From Minisyncoccota bacterium (GTDB lineage: Bacteria; Patescibacteriota; Minisyncoccia; Phycocordibacterales; UBA9973): 64,000 nt of DNA. The stretch is taken from the NCBI GenBank assembly GCA_041657885.1, contig JBBABB010000001.1:65094-129093 (forward strand), in the 5' to 3' direction. A program made the translations under genes and the position numbers. Of this stretch, positions 50,750 through 58,842 are shown in pieces; position 1 is the first letter of the stretch; every line of letters begins with the position of its first letter. The notes under the pieces were generated by a model. It saw only the letters and a list, made by a program, of their open reading frames with translations. It had not been told where the DNA came from and ran no database searches.

Positions 50750-52364
50750 AGACAAAAAAATTAAATACTTTTTGTATGCACGAAAATCGAGTGAGTCGGA
50801 AGAGCGCCAAGCGGCATCGATTGAAGACCAAATCAAAGAATTAACGAGAATTGCGAAAGATTTTAATTTGGAGATTATAGAAATATTTACAGAGTCGCAG
50901 TCAGCTAAAGCGCCTGGTCGCACAGTGTTCAACGAAATGATTAGACGTCTCTATGCTGGAGAAGCAAATGGCGTTTTGTGTTGGAAGCTGGATAGACTTG
51001 CTAGAAATTTTATAGATGGCGGTGCCATCATTGACCTGCTTCAAAGCGGAAAGATGCAAAGTATCCGAACCCACGAGAAATTTTATCTTCCATCAGACAA
51101 TGTGCTAATGATGGCGATGGAGTTTGGAATGGCAAATCAATTTGTTCGAGACCTTTCGGTGAATGTGAAGCGCGGTCTTAAAAACAAAGCAGAGAAGGGT
51201 TGGCTACCTGGCATTGCTCCAATTGGATATCAAAGCACTCCTGACCGAGAAAAAGGATTCAAGGAAATAGAAATTGACCCTGAGCGCTTTCCGCTTGTTC
51301 GTCGAATCTTTGATTTAATGCTCACGGGAAATTATACTGCTCCGCAGATATGGAAGATGACAAAAGAATGGAATCTAACAACCATCAAGCGAAAGAAAAT
51401 CGGCGGTCATCATCTCTCAAAGAGTGGAATCTACGCTCTTCTCGCAAATCCTTTCTATTATGGACGCTTCGAATATCCTGTCGGTAGCGGAAATTGGATA
51501 CAAGGAAAACACAAGCCGATGATTGAGGAAGAAGAATTTAATCATATTCAGAGAATGCTAGGAAAGAAAGGTAAGCCGTGTCCCAAGACTCACCTTTTCG
51601 CTTTTACAGGAATGATGCGTTGCGGTTTTTGTGGAAGTTCTATTACTGCTGAAACAAAAACGAAGAGACAGAAAAATGGAAATGTTCACGAATACATTTA
51701 TTATCATTGCACTAAAAGAAAAAATGAAGCTTGTGTAGAAAAATCTGTGGAAGTAAAAAACCTTAATGCGCAAATAGATGAACTTTTATCTCGCATCACT
51801 ATTTCCGAGGGGTTCAAGGAATGGGCAATAAAATATCTACACGAAATAAGAGAAAGCGAAGCTGAAAGCCAGGAAACAATTCTTAAAAACAAAAATAAGG
51901 AACTCGAGTCGGTAAATACCCATTTATCTAAGCTCATACTCGACTACACTTCTGCTGAAAATACTGATGGAGGTATTATGTCTGCTGACGAACTCAAAGC
52001 AGTAAAGGGAGGCTTGCAGAAGCGTAAAATTGCCCTTGAGGAAGAATTAACGAAAGTAAATATAGAAAAGGACAAGTGGTTAGAATTGAGCGAGAAAACA
52101 TTTAATTTTGCAAGATACGCTCGTAGTTGGTTTGAACAAGGCAATAACGATACCAAAAAATCTATACTAAACTGTCTTGGTTCGAACCTCATCATAAAAG
52201 ACCAAAAACTCAATGTTTTACTGCATCCTTTCTTCTTGAGTATCTTTGAAGAGAAAGATAAGGTGGAAGCAAATTTTGCTTCTGCTCGAACCTCCAAAAA
52301 CCTTTTATCTGAAAGACAAAAAGTTAATTTAGACCCAAAATACAAAACATTGCTCCGTGGGTAG
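50736..52364 (+). CDS. Large serine recombinase (resolvase-type catalytic domain, recombinase domain, zinc ribbon, C-terminal coiled coil)
   Basis: Catalytic region (YARKSSESEERQAASIEDQ), recombinase domain, and Zn ribbon (CGFCGSS..YYHCTKRK). The stop codon overlaps the 3' end of the tRNA-Asn on the opposite strand. Confidence 0.9.
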   Translation: MKKIEDKKIKYFLYARKSSESEERQAASIEDQIKELTRIAKDFNLEIIEIFTESQSAKAPGRTVFNEMIRRLYAGEANGVLCWKLDRLARNFIDGGAIIDLLQSGKMQSIRTHEKFYLPSDNVLMMAMEFGMANQFVRDLSVNVKRGLKNKAEKGWLPGIAPIGYQSTPDREKGFKEIEIDPERFPLVRRIFDLMLTGNYTAPQIWKMTKEWNLTTIKRKKIGGHHLSKSGIYALLANPFYYGRFEYPVGSGNWIQGKHKPMIEEEEFNHIQRMLGKKGKPCPKTHLFAFTGMMRCGFCGSSITAETKTKRQKNGNVHEYIYYHCTKRKNEACVEKSVEVKNLNAQIDELLSRITISEGFKEWAIKYLHEIRESEAESQETILKNKNKELESVNTHLSKLILDYTSAENTDGGIMSADELKAVKGGLQKRKIALEEELTKVNIEKDKWLELSEKTFNFARYARSWFEQGNNDTKKSILNCLGSNLIIKDQKLNVLLHPFFLSIFEEKDKVEANFASARTSKNLLSERQKVNLDPKYKTLLRG

Positions 52365-52720
52365 GGATCGAACCTACGACCAATCGCTTACACTTTATCT
52401 CCTATTACTAGAAGTGTGGACTATATCATCTCCATGTTCATAATTTTATGAATTTAGGAGCAAGGCGCTTCCCATCCGATTATTACCGGAAAGTACTCCC
52501 CGAAAGGATAGTCTCTACACCTTCCTCGATTTTGTGTCGAGGCTTGGCTCGGGATTACCCTAGGCTAAATCAATTATAAATAATTGATCGCCCGAACTTT
52601 TGTTTTCAAAAGTTTTTAGGGGCTTCCCCGAATTCACCTTGTTTTTCATCCTACTTTTCAATAGAAAGCTGCGTAAATTTTCTTTCCACAGGCGATCGCT
52701 CTACCGCTGAGCTACCACGG
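52353..52720 (-). tRNA. tRNA-Asn (anticodon GTT) interrupted in the anticodon loop by a 296-nt group I intron
   Basis: Exon 1 is 52,687-52,720 (TCCGTGGTAGCTCAGCGGTAGAGCGATCGCCTGT). Exon 2 is 52,353-52,390 (TAAGCGATTGGTCGTAGGTTCGATCCCTACCCACGGAG). The joined anticodon loop is CTGTTAA. U1-A72 and discriminator G are as in E. coli tRNA-Asn. A tRNA-Thr alternative (splice after CT) is not fully excluded. Confidence 0.75.
52391..52686 (-). ncRNA. Group I intron of the cyanobacterial tRNA-Leu intron type (about 300 nt, no ORF)
   Basis: P7 halves AGACTA and TAGTC (ggtgtagagacta ... gatatagtcc). P3/P4 block aatcccgagccaagcc. Exon CTGT pairs with internal guide GCAG with a U-G at the 5' splice site. 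The intron ends in G. Confidence 0.75.
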
Positions 52721-52928
52721 AATGTATCTACTTATAAAGTAGATGTGGTTATAATATCAAAAAAATATCCAAAAAGCAAAGTAAAATGATAATATAAATA
52801 TGGAAAGATAACCTACCCACAAAAATTGCTTTTTTTTATAAATAGTTGTATAGTTAGAACATTAACAATAAGCCTATATATTAATTATATGTTTTGTTGA
52901 TATTATTAATAATAAAAAAATAAAAAAT

Positions 52929-53189
52929 ATGTTACAAGAAAAAATTCCTTCAATATTTACTCTTACTCCGGAGTATCAAAGTGCTAATTTAGAATTTACA
53001 GAAGCTATGGAAAATCCAAAGCTTGATTTAGGTGAAAAACTTAAAAAGCTTGAGAATCTTGCAGATCAAATGGGAACGAATCCTCAGAATATTAAACATT
53101 TTAATGATACTATTTTGGAACGCTGGGTTAAAATTAAAAATCCAGAGCTTTATAAAGCTTACCAAAATACTGTATTAGAAGCTGCATAA
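52929..53189 (+). CDS. Hypothetical small protein
   Basis: ORF only. Confidence 0.3.
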   Translation: MLQEKIPSIFTLTPEYQSANLEFTEAMENPKLDLGEKLKKLENLADQMGTNPQNIKHFNDTILERWVKIKNPELYKAYQNTVLEAA

Positions 53190-53265
53190 ACTAAATTAAA
53201 AAACTCACAAGAACCATTCTTGCTAGGTTCAGAAAAGTAGGCAGACCAAAGAATGGTGGCTGACC

Positions 53266-53310
53266 CCAATTCCAATTCCCAATTCCCAATTCTTCCAATT
53301 CTTGATTCTT
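53266..53310. repeat. Heptanucleotide simple-sequence repeat (CCAATTC/CAATTCC, about 4 clean units grading into degenerate ones) just upstream of a promoter module
   Basis: ccaattc caattcc caattcc caattct tccaatt cttgatt read directly. Confidence 0.5.
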
Positions 53311-53337
53311 GGAGCCTGATTTCAAGCCTTATTTTAC

Positions 53338-53381
53338 AAGGCTTATTTTTCCTGCCTTAGTAGAAGTTCGAACCTATTGAC
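53338..53381 (+). promoter_or_regulatory. Shared promoter module, copy 2 (aaggcttatttttcctgccttagtagaagttcgaacctattgac), ending in a -35 TTGACT
   Basis: Matches the other three copies. A -10-like taatgt box lies 17 nt downstream. Drives the ORF at 53,440. Confidence 0.45.
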
Positions 53382-53439
53382 TTTACAAACTGAAAAATGT
53401 AATGTAAAGAAAAATATTCACATATAAATAATTATTAAA

Positions 53440-53907
53440 ATGGAAGAAATTCAGAGCTTTAGACCTTGTGAAATAAATGTTGAAAAACCGACATTAATTC
53501 GCAAAGACCAAAATGGTATTCAGGTTTGGTTACAATGGTTTGGTGAAGCAAGAGAAGAAAATTTGTCTCATAAACAATTTCTCTTTCCAATCAATGCTAA
53601 CATTCAAGACTTTTTCTTCCAGCCAGAAAGTTTTGAAATAATAATGGTTGGTCCTGTAAAAAATTGGCCAGAAAAAAAGATTGTAAATTATTTGGCCGAA
53701 AAACTAGGAGGTGAAAATAAAATAATTATTTATTTCATTTCCTCTAAGTTTGGGGTTGATGATGGTAATGGTGGAACTATTCCTGTCGCGGGGGTTTTGC
53801 CACTGAACATTACTTTGATAGATCCAAATTATGGGATAATAAATCCTAAAGAATTTTTTAAAGACTCAGTTCGCCTTGAAGCTATCAGAAAATTTCAGGA
53901 AAATTAA
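53440..53907 (+). CDS. Hypothetical protein
   Basis: ORF only. Confidence 0.4.
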   Translation: MEEIQSFRPCEINVEKPTLIRKDQNGIQVWLQWFGEAREENLSHKQFLFPINANIQDFFFQPESFEIIMVGPVKNWPEKKIVNYLAEKLGGENKIIIYFISSKFGVDDGNGGTIPVAGVLPLNITLIDPNYGIINPKEFFKDSVRLEAIRKFQEN

Positions 53908-54012
53908 ATTGCCTGCCAAAAGAAGACCCTCCTTCTCTCGGCGGGTTTTTTTTGTGAATATGTGCACATTGTGAACTTCCTAGAAGGGTATGTCTACTTA
54001 GTTAGGATAGTT

Positions 54013-54039
54013 ATTCGAACATCCTCCCAAGTTCGGAGC
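54013..54039. repeat. Hairpin/mini-ORF element copy 3 (minus orientation; reverse complement reads gctccgaacttgggaggATGTTCGAATAA)
   Basis: Exact match to the element core. Confidence 0.6.
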
Positions 54040-54180
54040 TTGACTTTTTAATTAAAATATGCTATCATCATAAAGGTAGTAGTTCTTTGGAATTGGGATT
54101 TTGTGTTGTATTAGTTGGATTATTTTTGTTTCTAAGGTTTAAAGATGGAAATAATTCAATTAATTTAAACTAAATCTTTT

Positions 54181-54585
54181 ATGAAAACAAAAGTAATTGA
54201 CCTCAAGCCAGTGTTTTTAATGAGTAATCAGGATTTTATTAAAAGCATACAAAAATGTTTTGACATCCTTAATGTTGTCTTAAAGATTAAATCTTTGGTT
54301 TCCCATAATCCTCTTTTTATAAAAGAAAAAAATGGAAAAATATATGTCGGCTACAAACCTCTTTCAAAAGGAAAGACCCACTTTTTTTCTAATGAGTTTA
54401 TCAATCCGGAATATGATCTGGCCACTAGAATCGCTATTATACAATTGGCAATTTTTGAGGAATGCAAAGAATATGACTGTTATAAGGAAGTTCCAATGCA
54501 TGGCGCTCCCGAAGAAGGAACAGACACGTTCTTCAAATTTGTTCTCAATAACACTGAATATACATATAAACTCTGGTATGCTTAG
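54181..54585 (+). CDS. Hypothetical protein
   Basis: ORF only. Confidence 0.4.
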   Translation: MKTKVIDLKPVFLMSNQDFIKSIQKCFDILNVVLKIKSLVSHNPLFIKEKNGKIYVGYKPLSKGKTHFFSNEFINPEYDLATRIAIIQLAIFEECKEYDCYKEVPMHGAPEEGTDTFFKFVLNNTEYTYKLWYA

Positions 54586-54691
54586 TGTTTGGTAATTAAA
54601 TTGTTAAACCCACTCTTTTTGATTGATCGGGTTTTCTTTTTATCTAAGTATAGTAAGTTACAAGATAAGATAAAAATGATAGAATGGATTT

Positions 54692-55120
54692 ATGAAAGAT
54701 GATGCATTGTTTTGTATAGGGCAAAAGGCATTTATTGAAAAAGATGGAAAAGTATTAGTTCTAAATGATCCTACTGAGGGGTTAGATTTTCCTGGTGGAA
54801 AAATACAAGAAGGAGAAGCTGTAGATGGTGACAGGACTAGTTTGATAAAATCTTTAAAAAGGGAAGTAAAAGAAGAAACTAGCTTGGAGATAGAAGTTAA
54901 TGATCCTTTTGCTGTTTGGTATCATGAGTTTAGTGATAAAGGTCATAGAAACTATGGAAAAGTAGTTTATCTTGTAGGATTTAAATGTAAATATGTTTCA
55001 GGAGAGATAAAATTAAGTAGTGAGCATGATAATTTTAAGTGGGTAAATAAAAATAATTACAAAGATGTTGATGATGATAGTGATTATTTTGATATATTAG
55101 AAAAATATTTTACTAAATAA
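54692..55120 (+). CDS. NUDIX hydrolase
   Basis: NUDIX box GGKIQEGEAVDGDRTSLIKSLKREVKEETSL (Gx5Ex7REUxEExGU). Confidence 0.75.
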   Translation: MKDDALFCIGQKAFIEKDGKVLVLNDPTEGLDFPGGKIQEGEAVDGDRTSLIKSLKREVKEETSLEIEVNDPFAVWYHEFSDKGHRNYGKVVYLVGFKCKYVSGEIKLSSEHDNFKWVNKNNYKDVDDDSDYFDILEKYFTK

Positions 55121-55382
55121 AATATGGTTATAGACATAGAGCTTACTTTGAATAGGTTTGGGTTTGGAAAAATTTCTGAAAATAAATTTCAATTCTTATT
55201 TTTTAGATTTTCTAAATGGAAAATTCCAAATAAATACTCTATTTCTTTTGAAATAAATTGGCGAAAAAAAGAATAAATTTCCCCAAGAACTTTACTTACA
55301 GCTAGTATAATAACTAGCTTTTTTGTTTGACATTTTTGGTTTTTTGATGTAAAATCTCTTTAAATATTAAAAAACAAAAAAA

Positions 55383-56042
55383 ATGAAAAAATCGGTCAAA
55401 AAGGCCAGTTTTTTCTCTGGCCAGGTTCATAGACTTCTGAATAAAATTTTAAAAGGAATGAAAAGAAGAAAAGAAATTTATTCTTTTACTTCTGTCTTAT
55501 CCCAGTTGGGAGCAAAAAATCTATTGGCTTCTTTCAGGGTTTTTACTTCTGAAAATAGGTTTTTTGAGATTCTATTTAAGGAAGCAATTACTTTCAGCCC
55601 ATCACACGGAGCTGAAGTAGGGGAATGTTATGGATGGAAAGTGGTGATTTTGTTAGGCAAGAATTATACTGCCAAAAAAATCAATTATATTATATTGAAT
55701 GAAATTAAAAGTAGAAGAGTTGGGCAAAAGGTGGAAGAATCATGCCGTAAAGCTATTCAATACCTTATTGATCACGATGAAGAAGTAGGGTCCATTATCT
55801 TCTCTATAAAGATTTCAACCGATACAGAAGACAGGGACTGGAAAATTGACCTTTTTTTGGAAACACAAAAAGGTAATGTTCCGCTCCAAATAAAATCTAG
55901 TCTTATGGGGCAAGTTTCTCATAAGATTAACGACCATAGAGTTACATCACTAGTTTTTAAGGAGAAGATGGAAACTAGTGAATTGAAGGATAAGATTCTT
56001 TTGATTTGCAAATCTTATCCAAAAATTATTGAACATTTGTAA
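55383..56042 (+). CDS. Hypothetical protein
   Basis: ORF only. Confidence 0.4.
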   Translation: MKKSVKKASFFSGQVHRLLNKILKGMKRRKEIYSFTSVLSQLGAKNLLASFRVFTSENRFFEILFKEAITFSPSHGAEVGECYGWKVVILLGKNYTAKKINYIILNEIKSRRVGQKVEESCRKAIQYLIDHDEEVGSIIFSIKISTDTEDRDWKIDLFLETQKGNVPLQIKSSLMGQVSHKINDHRVTSLVFKEKMETSELKDKILLICKSYPKIIEHL

Positions 56043-56113
56043 AGGGGCTTCTTGTATTTTATACAGAAGCCCTTTTTTTTTAATAATTATTTAATCATTT
56101 TAGGTTTCCACTT

Positions 56114-56154
56114 CGTTCCAAGTGCGGAGCCTATGGGCGAGGCAAGTTCTGAGC
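56114..56154. repeat. Degenerate hairpin-element remnant plus 24-nt companion motif (ctatgggcgaggcaagttctgagc)
   Basis: The companion motif is identical to 58,242-58,265. The leading part is a deleted variant of the hairpin element. Confidence 0.5.
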
Positions 56155-56176
56155 CTCAAAATAAACCTTATAAATC

Positions 56177-56246
56177 AAGGCTTATTTTTCCTACCTCAGT
56201 AGAAGTTCGAACCTGATTGACAGATTAGAAAATTTATTGATATAAT
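56177..56246 (+). promoter_or_regulatory. Shared promoter module, copy 3, with -35 TTGACA (56,217-56,222), an 18-nt spacer and -10 TATAAT (56,241-56,246). Candidate promoter of the RiPP-like cluster
   Basis: Module match plus canonical sigma-70-like boxes. Confidence 0.45.
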
Positions 56247-56377
56247 TACCAAAACATTGAAAACAAGTCCTATTTTTGTATTTCTTTTTGGTCAATAAAG
56301 TTAAATTAAAATTTATAGTAAATTTTAAACCATTAAGCAAAATATGAATTTTAGGCAAGAAAGGAGGAAAAGCCATC

Positions 56378-56458
56378 ATGAAACCGGGGATTATAAAAAA
56401 GGTAAAAAAACGCGTCAAAGTACGCATAGGAAAAGGAAGTTGTTGTATCTGCGATTAA
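56378..56458 (+). CDS. Candidate RiPP precursor peptide, 26 aa (MKPGIIKKVKKRVKVRIGKGSCCICD): a cationic body with a C-terminal Cys cluster
   Basis: An ATG 8 nt downstream of a canonical SD (aaaggagg, 56,360-56,367). Immediately upstream of a radical SAM/SPASM gene. A hairpin follows at 56,480-56,510. An alternative 45-aa frame starting at 56,345 lacks an SD. Confidence 0.5.
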   Translation: MKPGIIKKVKKRVKVRIGKGSCCICD

Positions 56459-56479
56459 GTAGAGACGACTGTCAAAAAT

Positions 56480-56510
56480 AGGGGAGAATATTTTTTAAAA
56501 ATTCTCCCCT
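56480..56510. terminator. Hairpin (aggggagaat tatttttaaaa attctcccct) between the precursor and the maturase gene. Possible partial terminator or attenuator
   Basis: Perfect 10-bp stem. Confidence 0.45.
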
Positions 56511-56549
56511 ATAAATATTTTAGTTTATAGATTTAAAAAGGAGGTTAAA

Positions 56550-57629
56550 ATGGAATGTAAATTTGAGACACCTCTTTTGGAAGTAGAGATTAGAGATACC
56601 ATCTATGAAATAGAATTTGGTCAAATCCAACTCGAAATTACAGGAAGGTGTAATATGAATTGCCAACATTGCAGAGCAGATCATCAACTTAGGCGGGATA
56701 TGCCAATTGAGCAAATCATTAAAATTATCAGGTTTGCACGCCAGTTTAGTCCTAACTATAAAGAAATTATTATTTCTGGCGGAGAACCTTTAATTCATAA
56801 AAATATTAATGATGTGCTGAAGCAAGTGCGTACTAATGGGGGTGAGTTTATTACCCTGACGACTAATGGTTCACTATTAACTAAAGAACATTTAAATTTG
56901 ATTCGAGATTTATCTTTTCAACGCTTTGTGCTTTCTGTAAGCCTTGATAGTCTTGATTCAAACCAACACGACAATTTTCGTTGTTATGATGGAGCCTTTT
57001 TAAAGGCTGTTGGCTCTTTACGTTTAGTAGCTGAATATAATTTACCAAACCTTGTTGCTTCAATGAGATCAACAATCCAAGCTTCACAAATTAGTGAAAT
57101 GGAAGAAATGGTAAACTTTGCTAAAAACATTGGATGTAAAAGAGTTAGCTTTTCTGCAATTCATCCATCAGGGAAAGCTATCAAACGCGAAGATCTCTGG
57201 ATGAATAAAGATCAAAAACTAGCTTTTATTAAGGAAGTTTATCGTCTTAAATTATTATTTCCTGAAATAAATGTAACCACAAATGATCCATTAAAATGTT
57301 TAATTCGTGGGAAAAATGATTTAGGTAAAGAGAACGAGATAGTTTTTGATGGTTGTGGTGCTGCGGCTATTACTTTCAATGTGAATTCCGACGGAACAAT
57401 GACCCCATGTGCACTCTTAAACATTCCAATGATGAATGTTTTTCCTTTAAGTATTAAAGAAATTACCAAAAAATATCAAGAAAGTGAAATTGTTAAAAAT
57501 ATGTTAGAAATGAATCTTAAAGGGAAATGTGGAGATTGTAAGATCAAATATCAGTGCGGTGGTTGTCGTGCTCGTGCTTTAATCCAAAATGGAGATTATT
57601 TGGGTGAAGATCCTCATTGTTGGATATAA
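56550..57629 (+). CDS. Radical SAM enzyme with a C-terminal SPASM/twitch-type auxiliary Fe-S cluster domain (peptide-modifying maturase family)
   Basis: CxxxCxxC (CNMNCQHC) at residues 34-41 and a C-terminal Cys-rich region (CGAAAI..CALL..CGDCKIKYQCGGCRARA). A canonical SD (aaaggagg) lies 7 nt upstream. Confidence 0.85.
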   Translation: MECKFETPLLEVEIRDTIYEIEFGQIQLEITGRCNMNCQHCRADHQLRRDMPIEQIIKIIRFARQFSPNYKEIIISGGEPLIHKNINDVLKQVRTNGGEFITLTTNGSLLTKEHLNLIRDLSFQRFVLSVSLDSLDSNQHDNFRCYDGAFLKAVGSLRLVAEYNLPNLVASMRSTIQASQISEMEEMVNFAKNIGCKRVSFSAIHPSGKAIKREDLWMNKDQKLAFIKEVYRLKLLFPEINVTTNDPLKCLIRGKNDLGKENEIVFDGCGAAAITFNVNSDGTMTPCALLNIPMMNVFPLSIKEITKKYQESEIVKNMLEMNLKGKCGDCKIKYQCGGCRARALIQNGDYLGEDPHCWI

Positions 57630-57643
57630 GTTTTATAAAAATA

Positions 57644-57665
57644 TATGGTCGTTTTTAAACGACCA
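57644..57665. terminator. Terminator hairpin after the radical SAM gene (atggtcgttt tt aaacgaccat)
   Basis: Perfect 10-bp stem, T-rich 3' flank. Confidence 0.5.
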
Positions 57666-57694
57666 TTATTTTTTTATATGATATAATATAAAAT

Positions 57695-58165
57695 ATGAAT
57701 ATTTATTTAAAAAAATTTATAGATAAAAAATTTAAAATAGTTGGTAAATCTCTAGATTTAGGTGCTGGTAATTTTTTTGATGTTGCTTGTTTAAAGCAAT
57801 TAGGTTGGAAAAGCAAAGGGGTTGATCTTCGAACAGGAATCGACCTAGAAAAACGCTTTATTTCAAAAAATAAACCATTCGATTTGATTTATTCAAACTA
57901 TGTAATACATAAAATAAAAAATAAAAAACAATTTATTAAAACGATTTATGTTAATTTAAAAGAAAAAGGTTGGCTTTTTATCCACACTTTTGATAAAACT
58001 GATGTCAATAGTACTTCAAATTTATCCAGTGATAATTTGCAAGAACTATTGGAAAAACAAGGATTTAAAAAAATTAAAATAAAGGTTTTTAAATATTATG
58101 ACAATGAAGATGGACATAAGCATTGGCATAAAATCTTGGAAGCAACAGCCCAAAAATTAGTTTAG
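57695..58165 (+). CDS. Class I SAM-dependent methyltransferase (small, 156 aa)
   Basis: Motif I LDLGAGNF and motif post-I DL; Rossmann MTase length. Confidence 0.65.
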   Translation: MNIYLKKFIDKKFKIVGKSLDLGAGNFFDVACLKQLGWKSKGVDLRTGIDLEKRFISKNKPFDLIYSNYVIHKIKNKKQFIKTIYVNLKEKGWLFIHTFDKTDVNSTSNLSSDNLQELLEKQGFKKIKIKVFKYYDNEDGHKHWHKILEATAQKLV

Positions 58166-58214
58166 ATAAAGACTAAGAGTCTGATTTTGATATAGTCAGT
58201 CTTTTTTAATACTC

Positions 58215-58265
58215 ATTTGAACATCCTCCCACGTTCGGAGCCTATGGGCGAGGCAAGTTCTGAGC
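58215..58265. repeat. Hairpin/mini-ORF element copy 4 (variant, minus orientation; reverse complement gives ..gggaggATGTTCAAATGA) fused to the companion motif ctatgggcgaggcaagttctgagc
   Basis: String matches to the 40,019 family and to 56,131-56,154. Confidence 0.55.
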
Positions 58266-58304
58266 ATTTATAGGTATTACGAAATATTGTGGTATAATTT
58301 AAAT

Positions 58305-58760
58305 ATGAAAAATAATAAAATTATATATATTGTTATAGCTGTTTTAGTTATCGGTGGTGGATTGTTTTTCTTTTTAGGTAATAAGGGAAGACAACAAGAA
58401 AATAAAACTAATCAAGAAGCAACAACGACGCCGTCAACTGCATCTCAAGTTTCGCTAGATGATAAAACAATGGTTGATTGTGGTCTGGCAAAAGACCCTA
58501 TGTGTTTTATAAATAGAATGAATGAATGTTTACCGGTAACTGTTAAAATGACAGGGTCAGATAATACAACAAACATAGAAATGATTGTACTAGGAGTAGA
58601 AAATGAAGCATGTCATTTCCAGAGAAAAATAAATAATGTCATAGACCTTGATTGTTTTTTCCCAAAAGGAACTATGAATGGGAATACTCTTGACCAGACC
58701 TTTGGGAATGATAAAGGTCTGCAAAAAGTAGTTGATGATGCTTGTAAGAAGGGGTGGTAA
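58305..58760 (+). CDS. Hypothetical secreted Cys-containing protein. Likely leaderless start 6 nt after TGTGGTATAAT
   Basis: Signal peptide (MKNNKIIYIVIAVLVIGGG). The ORF-track start at 58,287 is a TTG inside the -10 box and was rejected. Confidence 0.45.
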   Translation: MKNNKIIYIVIAVLVIGGGLFFFLGNKGRQQENKTNQEATTTPSTASQVSLDDKTMVDCGLAKDPMCFINRMNECLPVTVKMTGSDNTTNIEMIVLGVENEACHFQRKINNVIDLDCFFPKGTMNGNTLDQTFGNDKGLQKVVDDACKKGW

Positions 58761-58842
58761 TTAAGACCAATATTTTAGCCATATTTTATAATGGTTATTT
58801 TTGGTACCCTATATAGATTACGAACTGTGATATAATTTACAT

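Noticed and set aside
58287-58304. ORF-track start at 58,287 for the secreted protein
   Set aside because: That position is a TTG lying inside the TGTGGTATAAT promoter box. The ATG at 58,305 with the signal peptide is the credible start.
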